From positions 6,410 through 70,409 of the forward strand of contig JADHUI010000005.1 of the NCBI GenBank assembly GCA_016784605.1: 64,000 nt of DNA, given 5' to 3'. The DNA comes from Fidelibacterota bacterium (GTDB lineage: Bacteria; Fidelibacterota; Marinisomatia; Marinisomatales; UBA1611). Positions 21,224-33,076 of this stretch are shown in pieces (position 1 is the stretch's first letter; each line of letters opens with the position of its first letter). The notes below the pieces were generated by a model. It was not told the DNA's origin. It made no database searches and saw only the letters and a program-made list of their open reading frames with translations. Both the position numbers and the translations under genes were made by a program.

Positions 21224-22671
21224 TGCAATCACTCCATACGCTCATCGATCATCTCCTTCCCACAGAACTCAATGATTGGCCAGATGTTTCTGTTTCGGGT
21301 ATTAAAATCAATTCTAACACGGTTGAGCCCGGAGATTTGTTTGTAGCCATCCCAGGTACAAAAGTTGATGGGCATGATTTCGTCCAAGATGCAATTGATA
21401 AAGGTGCCACTGCAATTGTATCAAATGGGCGTGATTTGGGTGCACTTCCTGTCCCCCAAGTCAAAGTAGCCAACCCTCGGAGAGCTGCATCCGCATTGGC
21501 CAATTTATACTATGAGCAACCTAGTAAAGAATTAACGATCATTGGTATTACGGGTACGAATGGAAAAACAACCATTGCGTCTATTCTTACATCTATACTA
21601 ACAGAAGCCGGTTTTCAAACAGCGCAAATGGGAACATTAGGACTAATTGCAGATGGCTTTCCACAAGAAAAAGATTTAACAACATCGGATCCCATAACAT
21701 TACATAAAACGTTTCGTTCTTTAATCGATGCAGGATATTCGCATGTTGTCATGGAAGTGTCATCCCATGCTTTATCACAGTATCGTGTTGCTGATGTTCA
21801 ATTTAATATTGCCGTATTCACAAATCTTACTCCAGAACATTTAGATTATCATCATACGATGGAAGATTATTTCTTAGCTAAATCAAAATTATTTTCAATG
21901 CTCGGGTTGGATGCGACGGCTATAATAAATGTTGATGATTTAAGCGGGAAAAGATTATTAGAGATTTCAACAGCTCCCGCATTAACCGTTTCACGGTATG
22001 AAGAAAAAGATATTCATTTTACACACGTTTCATCTTCTCTTGAAGGAATAGAAGGTGACATTACGGCAGGAACTCAACAATACCCAATTAAATCGTCTTT
22101 AATTGGGACTTTCAACCAAGAAAATATTATACTCGCCGTTTCGGCAGCCCATGCGCTTGGCATTGAACCCAAGAAAATATCTAATGGTATAACACGATTA
22201 AAAAGTGTAGCCGGTCGCATGGAATCCATCACTTTGCGGAAAGGTGGTGTCGTTATAATTGATTACGCTCATACATCCGATGCTTATGAAAAGGTATTAT
22301 CGACAATTCGAGCGATTGTACCTGTAGGAAAAAGTATTTTTGCCGTATTTGGAGCAGGCGGAGACAGAGATAAATCAAAACGACCCGAAATGGCAAGAAT
22401 TGCAGAAAAATACTGTGACCATTGTTACGTAACACCCGACAACCCCCGGACAGAAAACCCCGACTCAATTTGTAATGAAATTATAGCAGGGTTTTCGACA
22501 GATCATTATACTGTTTATCAAGATCGATCCATTGGACTCAAAGATGCTTTGAACCGACTTGGTCATGGGGATGTTACCATTGTTCTGGGAAAAGGTCGAG
22601 AAGCATATCAGGAAATAAACGGAATCAAATTTCCTTATTCTGATTTAGAAATAATTGAGGCTTTTCGATGA
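21223..22671 (+). CDS. murE: UDP-MurNAc-tripeptide synthetase (mDAP type)
   Basis: [33 protein letters not shown]. Confidence 0.95.
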   Translation: MQSLHTLIDHLLPTELNDWPDVSVSGIKINSNTVEPGDLFVAIPGTKVDGHDFVQDAIDKGATAIVSNGRDLGALPVPQVKVANPRRAASALANLYYEQPSKELTIIGITGTNGKTTIASILTSILTEAGFQTAQMGTLGLIADGFPQEKDLTTSDPITLHKTFRSLIDAGYSHVVMEVSSHALSQYRVADVQFNIAVFTNLTPEHLDYHHTMEDYFLAKSKLFSMLGLDATAIINVDDLSGKRLLEISTAPALTVSRYEEKDIHFTHVSSSLEGIEGDITAGTQQYPIKSSLIGTFNQENIILAVSAAHALGIEPKKISNGITRLKSVAGRMESITLRKGGVVIIDYAHTSDAYEKVLSTIRAIVPVGKSIFAVFGAGGDRDKSKRPEMARIAEKYCDHCYVTPDNPRTENPDSICNEIIAGFSTDHYTVYQDRSIGLKDALNRLGHGDVTIVLGKGREAYQEINGIKFPYSDLEIIEAFR

Positions 22672-24008
22672 GAATTGATATAAAAAATCCAGAAAAATTC
22701 AGTCAAATTTTCACTAAGGTTACTGGGCAAATTTTAAAAACACCTGTAACGGGAATTGTAACAGATAGTCGCGAATGTCAAGAAGGCGATTTATACATTG
22801 CATTAACTGGAGAACGCGTTGACGGCCATCGTTTCTTGGAAACGGTCAATGATTTGGGCGCTTCTGTAGCATTGGTAGCTCAATCAAATGACGCCATTTT
22901 AAGAATGCAGCAAGTGGTTGTAGGAGATCCACTAAAAACCATTGGGCGGATTGCTCGAAACTGGCGCAGGCAATACGATATACCTATCATTGGTATTACG
23001 GGATCAAATGGAAAAACATCAACCAAAGAATTATTATTCCATATTTTAGAATCTAATTTTAAAGTGCACGCCACGCAGGGGAATTTCAATACGTCTATTG
23101 GACTTCCCCTCACCCTTTTAACTCTAGATGGCACCCATAGCATTTCCATATTAGAAATGGGTGCTAATCAGCCGGGAGATATTGATTATTTATGTCAAAT
23201 TACAGAGCCAACACATGGACTTATAACTAATATTGCACCAGCACATTTGGCCGGGTTTGGTAATATTGACATAATTGCGGAGACGAAGGGCGCTCTCTTC
23301 AAATCTCTCGAAAATGGAATTTCATTTGTCAATTTAGCGGATGAAAAAGTCCAAAGCATTCCAACCTATGGGGACACAGTATCATTTGGATTGACAGCAG
23401 ATTGCGATTTCCCAGTTGATATTCATGAAGAAGAAAATGGAAATTTGACATTAACCATAGATGCTGAAGAAGTTCAAACTGAATCTCAAAATTTCTCATT
23501 TATAAAAAATATGATTTCTGCTGCTTCCATTGCAATTTCTTTAGGAATTAGCTGGGATACTTTCCGAGAAAGAATTAAGACATTCACACCACCCGCTGGT
23601 CGGTGTCAAGTAAAGCAATTTAATGACATTACCGTAATCGATGATACATATAATGCCAATCTATCATCGAGTTTAGCCGCTTTAGATTATTTAAAGGCCT
23701 TCAGTGGTAACGGAAGACGGATTTTTGTTTTCGGTGATATGTTTGAACTTGGAAAAAGTTCTCAGAAACAACATGAAAAAATTGGTCTAAAATGTTCAAA
23801 AATCGGGTTGGATGCTGTATATACTATCGGGGATGAAACTGTTTATACGGATAAAGTTATCTCTCGTGGGTTCCACCAACATTTTAAAGCACAAGAGTCT
23901 CTCATACAAGCTTTGAAAAATGGGCTACAGTCAGGCGATAAAGTACTGATTAAAGGATCTCGTGGCATGGCAATGGAAAAAATAATTTCAGGGGTATTTC
24001 AAAGCTAA
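22668..24008 (+). CDS. murF: UDP-MurNAc-pentapeptide synthetase
   Basis: [46 protein letters not shown]. Confidence 0.95.
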   Translation: MRIDIKNPEKFSQIFTKVTGQILKTPVTGIVTDSRECQEGDLYIALTGERVDGHRFLETVNDLGASVALVAQSNDAILRMQQVVVGDPLKTIGRIARNWRRQYDIPIIGITGSNGKTSTKELLFHILESNFKVHATQGNFNTSIGLPLTLLTLDGTHSISILEMGANQPGDIDYLCQITEPTHGLITNIAPAHLAGFGNIDIIAETKGALFKSLENGISFVNLADEKVQSIPTYGDTVSFGLTADCDFPVDIHEEENGNLTLTIDAEEVQTESQNFSFIKNMISAASIAISLGISWDTFRERIKTFTPPAGRCQVKQFNDITVIDDTYNANLSSSLAALDYLKAFSGNGRRIFVFGDMFELGKSSQKQHEKIGLKCSKIGLDAVYTIGDETVYTDKVISRGFHQHFKAQESLIQALKNGLQSGDKVLIKGSRGMAMEKIISGVFQS

Positions 24009-25111
24009 TGTTATATCAACTGCTTACATCTGTTAAAGATTCATTTTCATTTTTGAATGTATTCGAATATATCACATTTCGTTCAGCATCTGCTGCTATT
24101 ACAGCATTATTAATAAGCTTTCTTATCGGGCCCTGGATTATCCACATACTACAAAGTCATCAAATTGGGGAAGAAATTCGCCAGTCAGGGCCCGAAAGTC
24201 ATTTGAAGAAAAAAGGGACACCCACGATGGGAGGATTGCTTATTTTGAGTGCAGTACTTGTACCGACTTTTCTATTTGGCGATTTAAGCAATACATTTAT
24301 TCAAATTATTATTGTGTCAACTATTTGGATGGGTTTATTTGGATTTATTGATGATTATTTAAAGGTTGTTAAGAAATCGAAAGCGGGTCTAATTGCACGA
24401 TACAAAATGGCTGGACAAATACTATTAGGTATAGTTATTAGTTTTTGGATTTTAAATACGCCAGAATTTGCCCATATAGCGTCTAAAACATCTATCCCAT
24501 TTTTAAAGAATTTTGAAATCGATTTTGGTTTACTTTACCCATTTATCGTTATTTTTGTTATTACTGGAACTTCAAATGCTGTTAATTTAACAGACGGTTT
24601 GGATGGACTCGCTGCAGGTCTATTAGCTATTTCATTCACTGTTTTTGCTGCCATCGCATATATATCCGGGCGTGTTGATTTTTCTGATTATTTGAATATT
24701 TTATATTTACCTGGAGCCGGCGAATTAACCGTATTTGCGTCAGCCATGGCTGGTGCTTGCTTAGGTTATTTATGGTTTAATGCAAATCCTGCAGAAATTT
24801 TTATGGGGGACACTGGCTCCCTTTCTTCTGGTGCCGCTTTAGGGACATTAGCTGTGTTATTAAAAAAAGAATTATTATTGATTATAATTGGCGGTGTCTT
24901 TGTTTGGGAAGCTATCTCAGTCATTTTGCAAGTAGGGTATTTTCGGTGGACAAAATCAAAATACACTGAAGGTAAAAGACTGTTCAAAATGGCGCCAATT
25001 CATCACCATTTCGAATTATCAGGATGGCCAGAATCAAAAGTCGTGATTCGTTTTTGGATCATTGGTCTCCTACTAGCCCTTTTTTCATTAACCACATTCA
25101 AGATTCGTTAA
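24008..25111 (+). CDS. mraY: Phospho-MurNAc-pentapeptide translocase
   Basis: KKGTPTMGG, DDYLK, NAVNLTDGLDGL, FMGDTGS, MAPIHHHFE. Confidence 0.96.
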   Translation: MLYQLLTSVKDSFSFLNVFEYITFRSASAAITALLISFLIGPWIIHILQSHQIGEEIRQSGPESHLKKKGTPTMGGLLILSAVLVPTFLFGDLSNTFIQIIIVSTIWMGLFGFIDDYLKVVKKSKAGLIARYKMAGQILLGIVISFWILNTPEFAHIASKTSIPFLKNFEIDFGLLYPFIVIFVITGTSNAVNLTDGLDGLAAGLLAISFTVFAAIAYISGRVDFSDYLNILYLPGAGELTVFASAMAGACLGYLWFNANPAEIFMGDTGSLSSGAALGTLAVLLKKELLLIIIGGVFVWEAISVILQVGYFRWTKSKYTEGKRLFKMAPIHHHFELSGWPESKVVIRFWIIGLLLALFSLTTFKIR

Positions 25112-26494
25112 ATGGATATTAGTAACAAAAATTATATTAATATTGCCGGAAAAAACATTTCGATTATCGGTCTTGGTCGAAGTGGTGTTTCTGCAGCGAA
25201 ACTTGCTCACCATCATGGGGCGAATGTTTTTATTAGCGATGCCAATGATTCAGAATTGAACCGCCATTTTTTAAATGAATTGAATCGCCTAAACATTGCA
25301 GGTGAATCCGGAACACATTCGGACCGTATTTTTGATGCAGATTTAATGATTATTTCTCCGGGTGTTCCGAAAGAAAGTTCTATTGTTAAAAAAGCAATTG
25401 AAGTTGGAATCCCCGTTGTAGGCGAAATCGAATTTGCTTATTGGTTTTCTCAATATCCAATTATTGGTGTTACAGGGTCAAATGGGAAAACCACAACTGT
25501 AAATATATTAGGAAAGATTTTTCAAACAGATACAATTCATGGTTCCATTTGTGGCAATGTAGGCATTCCTTTTTCACAAGAAGTTTTAGCCGACACAATA
25601 AACCCTGATGCTAAAAGAGTTTACATTCTTGAAATATCAAGTTTTCAAATGGAATTCATTCTCCATTTTCACCCAAATTTCAGCCTATTTCTTAATATTA
25701 CACCGGACCATCTAGATCGACATGGATCCTTAAAGAATTATATCGACTGTAAATTGAATATGGCCAAAAACCAGACCGACCAAGATACGGTTATATTTAA
25801 TCAAAATGATTTTGAGCTACAACAAGCTTTTCAAAACCATAAAGCAAAAACAATTCCATTTAGCACGATTCATCAGTCTGGATTGTTTCGTATGAATGAA
25901 ACAAAAATATATGGCCCTAACCATGAATCTTTTATTGGACTCGATCAAATTAAAATACCCGGGCAACATAATATTGAAAACATTATAGCCGCTTCTACTC
26001 TATCGTTTGAATTTGGTATTTCATTATCCCATATCTCAAAAGTAATATCAAACTTTAGCGGCGTTGAACATAGACTAGAATATGTAGCAGAAATTGAAGG
26101 CGTAACATATATCAATGATTCAAAAGCAACCAATCTTGAATCTGTTATTGTTGCCTTAAGTAGTTTTAATCAGCCCATAATATTGATCCTTGGCGGTCGA
26201 AATAAAGGGGCGGATTTCCATAATCTCCTTCCACATACTCAAGTAAACCAAGTCAAACAGGTTATCACGTATGGAGAAGCTCGTCACGAAATTACCGAAT
26301 CTTTTGGGGATGCGGTGAGATCTGAATCTATTTTGGATCTCAGGGATGCGGTAGTGACAGCTAAAAACCTGGCCAGCCCAGGAGACGTTATTTTATTGTC
26401 TCCTGGCTGTGCCAGTTTTGATCAATTTGATCATTTCGAAGAGAGAGGAAACATGTTTAAAAAATGGGTCAACGAATTGGACTTAGTAATATGA
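25112..26494 (+). CDS. murD: UDP-MurNAc-L-Ala:D-Glu ligase
   Basis: GLGRSG, SPGVP, GVTGSNGKTT, EISSFQ, DHLDRH, NDSKATN, SPGCASFDQF. Confidence 0.95.
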   Translation: MDISNKNYINIAGKNISIIGLGRSGVSAAKLAHHHGANVFISDANDSELNRHFLNELNRLNIAGESGTHSDRIFDADLMIISPGVPKESSIVKKAIEVGIPVVGEIEFAYWFSQYPIIGVTGSNGKTTTVNILGKIFQTDTIHGSICGNVGIPFSQEVLADTINPDAKRVYILEISSFQMEFILHFHPNFSLFLNITPDHLDRHGSLKNYIDCKLNMAKNQTDQDTVIFNQNDFELQQAFQNHKAKTIPFSTIHQSGLFRMNETKIYGPNHESFIGLDQIKIPGQHNIENIIAASTLSFEFGISLSHISKVISNFSGVEHRLEYVAEIEGVTYINDSKATNLESVIVALSSFNQPIILILGGRNKGADFHNLLPHTQVNQVKQVITYGEARHEITESFGDAVRSESILDLRDAVVTAKNLASPGDVILLSPGCASFDQFDHFEERGNMFKKWVNELDLVI

Positions 26495-27639
26495 ATTTAG
26501 ATGTAATCATTAAAAGATATGATCGAACATTACTTGTTTGCCTTCTACTCCTTGCGGGTGTTGGTACCATCATGCTTTTTAGTGCCAGTTCACCCATTTC
26601 CTTATTAGAGTCAAATAACAGGACCAATATGCTTTATCTTGAAGCGCATTTAAAACGGTTACTCATTGGTGTTATTGTTATGTTTATGACTCTTTCATTT
26701 GATTATAGAATATTAAAACGATTTGCCCCAGGTATTATGATCGGAGCAATTGCTCTTCTTGCAATCACTAAATTATTATTCTTAATTAAAGGAAATTATT
26801 CCCCTGCTCGTTGGATTTACATTGGTTCATTTTCCATTCAAACTTCTGATATAGCTCGCTTAGCAGTATTGATTTATACGTCCTATTATTTGGATAAAAA
26901 ACGATCACAAATCCATGACTTCCAAACGGGGCTCTTACCTATCTTGGGTGTCCTTTCATTGGTAATGGGATTAATCGTTATTCAACCTGATTTTAGTACA
27001 GCTGCCATGATTGGGTTTATCGGAATTGCCCTTATTTTTATTTCTGGTGCAAAAATGTCACACTTATCATTTTCTGGGGCGATGGGCTTGTTAGTTGCAA
27101 TACCTGTACTTGTTTCCAAGCCCTATCGATTAGCTCGTATTTTATCTTGGTTTGGAATTGGGACAAATCCTGCAGCAGATTATCAAGCAGATCAATCTTT
27201 AATTAGCTTAGGAAATGGTGGCTGGTTTGGGCTTGGGCTTGGGAACAGTATGGAAAAGAATTTATTCCTCCCAACGCCACACACCGATTTTATCTTTGCC
27301 ATTATAGGTGAAGAACTTGGTTTTATTCGTGCCATTTTGATTTTAGTTCTTTTTGTTTTTATTTTTCACCGAGGCCTTAAAATTGCCAAACAATGTACAG
27401 ATCCTTTTGGCGTTTTTTTAGCCATCGGTATTTCATTTAATATTATCCTCTATGCATTTACAAATGCAGCTGTTGTGACAGGTATTTTTCCCGTAACTGG
27501 TTTACCCATGCCCATGATTAGTTATGGTGGATCTGGAATGGTTATAAACCTAGCGATGATTGGCATTTTACTCAATATCAGTCAAGCTCGGAGATCTGTA
27601 TCTCATAAAAAAGGTTGGAGCCCAATGTATAATGGCTAA
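26491..27639 (+). CDS. ftsW: SEDS peptidoglycan polymerase
   Basis: Multi-TM, QPDFST, LPTPHTDFIFAIIGEELG, PVTGLPMPMISYGGS; ATG at 26491. Confidence 0.93.
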   Translation: MNLDVIIKRYDRTLLVCLLLLAGVGTIMLFSASSPISLLESNNRTNMLYLEAHLKRLLIGVIVMFMTLSFDYRILKRFAPGIMIGAIALLAITKLLFLIKGNYSPARWIYIGSFSIQTSDIARLAVLIYTSYYLDKKRSQIHDFQTGLLPILGVLSLVMGLIVIQPDFSTAAMIGFIGIALIFISGAKMSHLSFSGAMGLLVAIPVLVSKPYRLARILSWFGIGTNPAADYQADQSLISLGNGGWFGLGLGNSMEKNLFLPTPHTDFIFAIIGEELGFIRAILILVLFVFIFHRGLKIAKQCTDPFGVFLAIGISFNIILYAFTNAAVVTGIFPVTGLPMPMISYGGSGMVINLAMIGILLNISQARRSVSHKKGWSPMYNG

Positions 27640-28735
27640 TGCTTTACGAGTCATAATTGCCGGAGGTGGCACAGGTGGGCACTTATTCCCTGCTTTAGCG
27701 ATAGGTGAAGAAATTAAATCTCGACATCATGATGCGAAGGTTCATTTTGTAGGATCCACTTTTGGCCTGGAAGCGAAAGTTTTTCCTGTGAAGGGCGTTT
27801 GGCATACTTTAGTTCCAATTCGGGGACTTCAACGGGATATTAGCTTTAGAAGTGTGGGTAGAAATATTTTATTACCTGGACGCATTATTCAATCCATGAT
27901 AAAAATAAAATCTCTCATCAGAGAATTTTCGCCACAAATTGTCGTTGGAACAGGCGGATATGCAAGCGCCCTCCCGCTCTATGTCGCATCGGGTGAAAAA
28001 GAACCAATTCCAATTCTATTACAAGAACAAAATTCCTTCCCCGGAATTACCACAAGATGGTTTGCAAAAAAAGCAAAAGCGATTTGTGTTGCTTTCCAAG
28101 ATTCCGTGGATTTGTTAAAAGCGGATTCCGTCATAACCGGAAATCCAGTGCGGGCAGGAATATCTGACGGAAATAAAGAAAGTGCCTTAAAAACATTTTC
28201 TCTTCAAGAAGATAAAAAAACGGTTTTTCTTTTTGGCGGTAGCCAAGGATCTGCTTATTTAAATCAACAAATGTCTCAAACGGTTGAATCATTGATTGAA
28301 TCCGGTATTCAGGTATTATGGCAAACAGGCGATGTTGCCTACGATTCCTATAAACAATTTGATTCAGAAAGTGTTCGAGTTCTCCCCTTTATTAATGATA
28401 TGGCTGGTGCATATGCTCTCGCTGATTTAGTGATTTCGAGAAGTGGCGCACTTGCTTTAGCGGAAATAACCGTTTGTCATAAGCCAAGCATTCTTATCCC
28501 ATTTCTAGGCGCCGCTGGTGATCATCAAACTAAAAATGCTCAATCAATGGTCAATTCTGGAGCATCACAAATATTATTTGAAAAATCACTCTCACAAGGT
28601 GATTTCACTAGAACAATCCTTGGCCTAATAAACAACCAAGATCAACTAAATCAAATGGGCAAGGCAGCAGGCGGATTAGGTAAACCAAATGCAACCAGCG
28701 ATATAGTGGATAATATTTTGGAGATTACTAAATGA
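27632..28735 (+). CDS. murG: Lipid II GlcNAc transferase
   Basis: GGGTGGHLFP, GTGGY, EQNSFPG, GNPVR, GGSQG, HQTKNA; ATG at 27632. Confidence 0.95.
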   Translation: MANALRVIIAGGGTGGHLFPALAIGEEIKSRHHDAKVHFVGSTFGLEAKVFPVKGVWHTLVPIRGLQRDISFRSVGRNILLPGRIIQSMIKIKSLIREFSPQIVVGTGGYASALPLYVASGEKEPIPILLQEQNSFPGITTRWFAKKAKAICVAFQDSVDLLKADSVITGNPVRAGISDGNKESALKTFSLQEDKKTVFLFGGSQGSAYLNQQMSQTVESLIESGIQVLWQTGDVAYDSYKQFDSESVRVLPFINDMAGAYALADLVISRSGALALAEITVCHKPSILIPFLGAAGDHQTKNAQSMVNSGASQILFEKSLSQGDFTRTILGLINNQDQLNQMGKAAGGLGKPNATSDIVDNILEITK

Positions 28736-30126
28736 CCGTATTCCGGAAAGTATCCAAAATTCATTTTATTGGCATTGGTGGCATTGGTATGAGCGGAATT
28801 GCTGAATTACTATTAAATCTTGGTTTCAAAATATCCGGATCAGATTTACATGAATCAGAGAATGTTCAAAGATTAAAATCGCTAGGTATTTCAATCGCTA
28901 TCGGACATAATCCAGATAATATCGACCATGCGGATGCTGTTGTTTATTCAAGTGCTGTTCCGCAGGAAAACCCTGAAATTGTTATGGCACACCAAAAAGG
29001 AATCCCTGTTATTAGAAGAGCAGAAATGCTGGGTGAGCTTATTTCTATGAAAGAAACCAGCATTGGCGTGGGTGGGACACACGGGAAAACGTCTACATCA
29101 TCCATGATTGGAAGTATTCTTGCTCATGGTAAAAAAGACCCAACCCTTGTTGTCGGTGGACTCGTCAAAAGTTTAGATACGAATTCTAAATTAGGCGATG
29201 GGAGCATTATTGTTGTGGAAGCAGACGAATTTGACCGAAGCTTTTTAGCGCTCAAACCAACTATTGGCATTATTACAAATATTGAATTAGAGCATACAGA
29301 TTGTTACGAAGATTTGCAGGATTTGCAAAATACGTTTTTACAATTCGCCCAAGCTGTACCCTTTTATGGTGAAGTTATTATTTGCAAAGACTCTCCTGCC
29401 CTTTTTGAGATTATACCAAAAATAACTCGCCCTGTTACGACATACGGACTTTCTGATGGGGCTGATTATCAAGCGGTTAAATTATCCTTTGATGCATTTT
29501 CATCCACCTATTCTATAAAACATGATGAATCTATTCTAGGCGAAATCACCTTAAATGTCCCTGGAGAACATAATGTTTTAAATTCGCTTGCTGCGGTAAT
29601 AATTGGGTTAGAAATGGGACTTGATTTCATAACGGTTAAGGATGGTATTTATGCTTATGCCGGAGTAAGAAGACGATTTGAATTAAAAGGAACTGAAAAT
29701 GACATCATGGTTGTGGATGATTACGCCCATCACCCAACTGAAGTCCTAGCAACTTTAAATGCGGCCAAGGCCGGGTGGAATCGTCGACTCATTTCAGTTT
29801 TCCAACCACACTTATACTCTCGCACTCAAGAATTTTTTAGAGAATTTGGGGAAGCATTAGCCTCAAGTGATGTTGTCATTATTACAGATATTTATCCTGC
29901 ACGCGAGAAACCCATTCCGGGTATTACAGGTGAAATGATCTATAATGAATGTGTGAATTCCGGACATACATCTGTTTTCTACATTCCTGATTTGGATAAT
30001 GTTATTCAAAAACTAGATGAAATTGTTATTCCTGGAGATTTAGTTATTACATTAGGTGCAGGAAATATTTGGCGATATAGTGAAAAGTATATACAACATT
30101 TGTCAACGGTAAATACCGAGGTATGA
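28732..30126 (+). CDS. murC: UDP-MurNAc:L-Ala ligase
   Basis: HFIGIGGIGMSG, GTHGKTS, EADEFD, DDYAHHPTE, FQPHLYSRT. Confidence 0.96.
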   Translation: MTVFRKVSKIHFIGIGGIGMSGIAELLLNLGFKISGSDLHESENVQRLKSLGISIAIGHNPDNIDHADAVVYSSAVPQENPEIVMAHQKGIPVIRRAEMLGELISMKETSIGVGGTHGKTSTSSMIGSILAHGKKDPTLVVGGLVKSLDTNSKLGDGSIIVVEADEFDRSFLALKPTIGIITNIELEHTDCYEDLQDLQNTFLQFAQAVPFYGEVIICKDSPALFEIIPKITRPVTTYGLSDGADYQAVKLSFDAFSSTYSIKHDESILGEITLNVPGEHNVLNSLAAVIIGLEMGLDFITVKDGIYAYAGVRRRFELKGTENDIMVVDDYAHHPTEVLATLNAAKAGWNRRLISVFQPHLYSRTQEFFREFGEALASSDVVIITDIYPAREKPIPGITGEMIYNECVNSGHTSVFYIPDLDNVIQKLDEIVIPGDLVITLGAGNIWRYSEKYIQHLSTVNTEV

Positions 30127-30127
30127 A

Positions 30128-31054
30128 TTGGATTATATGGCAGAATTAATCAAAATTGTTAAAGGTCAATTGACCGAAAATGAACCAATGGCTCGACATT
30201 CGTCCTATGGTGTTGGTGGTCCAGCAACTGCTTTTATTATCCCAAAGAATGTGAATGATTTATCGAACATCCTTCGATTCGCACATTCCCATAAAATAAA
30301 AACATTTTTTGTCGGTTCAGGTTCGAATATTTTAGTGAGCGACACAGGCATTGATGGCTTAGTTATTTCTCCTGTTAAAGCTTTTACTCACCTTTCATTT
30401 AAAGAAGGGAATATTGAAGCTGAGTCAGGTGTTATGTTAGGTCGACTTGTTCGAGAATCCATCAATAGAGACTTAACAGGGTTTGAAGGATTGGGTGGCG
30501 TTCCTGGAACTTTAGGTGGCGCACTTATGATGAATGCCGGCGCCTTTGGACACGAAATATCTAATTACCTCGTTTCTATTACTCTTATGAGCATGGATGG
30601 GAATCTTCATATTCTCCAAAAAGAAGAAATTGATTTTTCTTATCGCTATTCATCTATCGACAAAGAAGCCTTTATTGTGAGTGCACTTTTTTCATTGAAA
30701 AATTGTGACGCTCAATCTATTCAAGAAAAACGAAAATTAGCGAGCGATAAACGAAAATCATCTCAACCATTAAAATATCGATCTGCAGGAAGTGTATTTA
30801 AAAATCCAAATTCTACTACGGCCGCAGGTTATTTAATCGACCAAGCTGGTTTAAAAGGATTACGACAAGGTGATGCAGAAATATCCAAAAAACATGCCAA
30901 TTTTTTTATTAATCATGGCAAAGCAACTGCAAAGGATATTTCAACGTTAATTCAAATTGCGAGAAAAAATGTTAAAGAAAAATTTAATATTATGTTAGAA
31001 CTAGAAATAAAAACTTTCGGATTCAACGAAAGAGAGTTAATGCCTAATGGCTAA
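30128..31054 (+). CDS. murB: UDP-GlcNAc-enolpyruvate reductase (start may be ATG 30137)
   Basis: GSGSNILV, PGTLGGALMMNAGA, SAGSVFKNP, KHANF, LELEI. Confidence 0.95.
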   Translation: MDYMAELIKIVKGQLTENEPMARHSSYGVGGPATAFIIPKNVNDLSNILRFAHSHKIKTFFVGSGSNILVSDTGIDGLVISPVKAFTHLSFKEGNIEAESGVMLGRLVRESINRDLTGFEGLGGVPGTLGGALMMNAGAFGHEISNYLVSITLMSMDGNLHILQKEEIDFSYRYSSIDKEAFIVSALFSLKNCDAQSIQEKRKLASDKRKSSQPLKYRSAGSVFKNPNSTTAAGYLIDQAGLKGLRQGDAEISKKHANFFINHGKATAKDISTLIQIARKNVKEKFNIMLELEIKTFGFNERELMPNG

Positions 31055-31808
31055 GAAAAAATCAAAAATATCGTTGAATACAATCATTCGCTTTGGATTA
31101 GCCATTTTTGTTATTGGACTCGTTTGGTCGGCGATTAGTTGGGTGAATTTTCGAGGATACATCGATGTGAGTCACTATTCTTATAAAGGATATGTTCAAA
31201 TTTCAAGAAGTGAATATATGGGACTTATTGATGATATAACAAAACAAACACCTTCAGAAATCAATTTAGTTGAAATTCAAGAACGAATCGAAACACATCC
31301 TTATGTACGCGCAACAAGAGTGAGTCATCGGTTTCCGTCAACCATTGAAATTGAGATTGTTGAACGAGTGCCATTAGCGGTATTGAATGGCGATCCGATG
31401 GTATTTTTAGATGAAGAATGTTATGTAATGCCCGAGGTTGGGAATTTGGCCGATTTAAACGTTCCAATATTGTCTAATTATAATCCTAACCCAGATTTGT
31501 ATCCAACTGGAGATAAAGCCAATTCTGTCAAAGTACAAGAATCCATAGAATTATTGAAGAAAATTCAGCGGGATTATGGATCCCTTTATCAAAATATTTC
31601 AGAAATGTCTCTTAATACCAATGATGAATTCATTATCGTTCTTATTGACCAACCAACTAAAATACGATTAGGGCGAAATAATATTTGGACCAAATTACTT
31701 GTATTACGTGAATTTGAACTAGCGATTCAAGGAAAAAGAACGTTAACGGATTATGCCTATCTTGATATGAGATATGATAATCAAGTTATTGCGAAAGAAC
31801 GATTATGA
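31047..31808 (+). CDS. ftsQ: Cell division protein FtsQ/DivIB
   Basis: TM, POTRA (HPYV...RFPSTIEIEIVER.P), C-terminal YLDMRY; position. Confidence 0.85.
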   Translation: MAKKKSKISLNTIIRFGLAIFVIGLVWSAISWVNFRGYIDVSHYSYKGYVQISRSEYMGLIDDITKQTPSEINLVEIQERIETHPYVRATRVSHRFPSTIEIEIVERVPLAVLNGDPMVFLDEECYVMPEVGNLADLNVPILSNYNPNPDLYPTGDKANSVKVQESIELLKKIQRDYGSLYQNISEMSLNTNDEFIIVLIDQPTKIRLGRNNIWTKLLVLREFELAIQGKRTLTDYAYLDMRYDNQVIAKERL

Positions 31809-33076
31809 AACGCAGTTCTCAATCTCAAGGCCCAAATATAACGGTTGGAATCGATATTGGTTCTTCAAAAGTCTGTTGCGCTATTGGAGAATTACAACCA
31901 GATAAATCCACAAAATTAATGGGAATTGGTATTGTTCCATCAAGAGGTATGAACCGAGGTAATATTGTTCATCGTGATCAATTAATTGAACAAATCGAAA
32001 AAGCCGTTCAAGCAGCAGAAATGATGTCCAATATATCTGTAGAGAGAGCAATCATATCTATGACGGGTGAGCATATCCGTTGTATTAACACTGTCGGTGC
32101 GGTTGCCTTAAACAAAGGAAGCTCGCCGAATTTGGTCTCGGAGCATACAATTAGAGCTGAAGATTTAGATAAAGCTGTTGAATTATCCCAAGCCGTTTCT
32201 CTTCCTATGGATAAAGATATTTTACACGTACTGCCACAAGAATTTTTGGTCGATACCTTAGAATTTATTAAAAACCCTATTGGCATGACTGGACGACGTC
32301 TTGAAGCAAGAGTACATTTAGTTATTGCAGCCACAACAGCTATGCATAATTTGAGAAATTGCGTTGAAGAGCTGGGTATTGATTTTGAAGGTATCGTATT
32401 TCAACCACTCGCATCATCACTCGTCGCATTGAATGATGATGAAAAAAGCTTAGGTGTTACCTTGGTTGACATTGGAGCACATACAACGGATGTTACTGTG
32501 TATAATGGGGACGCAGTTCGATACTCCAGTGTTATACCTATTGGCGCAAACAGTATAACCAATGATATAGCTGTTATGCTTCAAATTGGTCTTGAAACAG
32601 CAGAAGATATAAAAGTAAAGTATGCATCTGCAAAAGCCTCTATGGCATCTTCAGAATTAAAATTCGATTTACCGGTTAATAATGGCGGCCCAAAAAGAAG
32701 CATTTCGGAACATGAAGTATCTCGGTATGTCGAAGCGAGAATGCAGGAAATATTTCAACTCATCGTTAGAGAAATTTCTAAAGCAGATGTAAAAGGTAAA
32801 TTAACATACGGCATCGTTTTAACAGGCGGAGGCGCTCAATTAAAAAACTTAACGGCTTTAGCTGAAGAATCTTTAGCAATGAAAGTGCGTTTAGGTGTGC
32901 CATCTCGTATTACTGGAATCGAAGAAGTTGCTCCAAACCCAGAATACACTGCAGCTCTCGGTTTACTGTTATGGAAAACACAATCAGATGATTTTAGCCA
33001 TCCATCTCAAGATTCAGCATTAACCATAAAAGCTGTATCTAATAAAGTCGGTAAATGGTTTAAAGAATTTTTTTAG
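31805..33076 (+). CDS. ftsA: Cell division protein FtsA
   Basis: GIDIGSSKV, LHVLPQEF, VDIGAHTT, AEDIKVKY, VLTGGGAQL. Confidence 0.95.
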   Translation: MKRSSQSQGPNITVGIDIGSSKVCCAIGELQPDKSTKLMGIGIVPSRGMNRGNIVHRDQLIEQIEKAVQAAEMMSNISVERAIISMTGEHIRCINTVGAVALNKGSSPNLVSEHTIRAEDLDKAVELSQAVSLPMDKDILHVLPQEFLVDTLEFIKNPIGMTGRRLEARVHLVIAATTAMHNLRNCVEELGIDFEGIVFQPLASSLVALNDDEKSLGVTLVDIGAHTTDVTVYNGDAVRYSSVIPIGANSITNDIAVMLQIGLETAEDIKVKYASAKASMASSELKFDLPVNNGGPKRSISEHEVSRYVEARMQEIFQLIVREISKADVKGKLTYGIVLTGGGAQLKNLTALAEESLAMKVRLGVPSRITGIEEVAPNPEYTAALGLLLWKTQSDDFSHPSQDSALTIKAVSNKVGKWFKEFF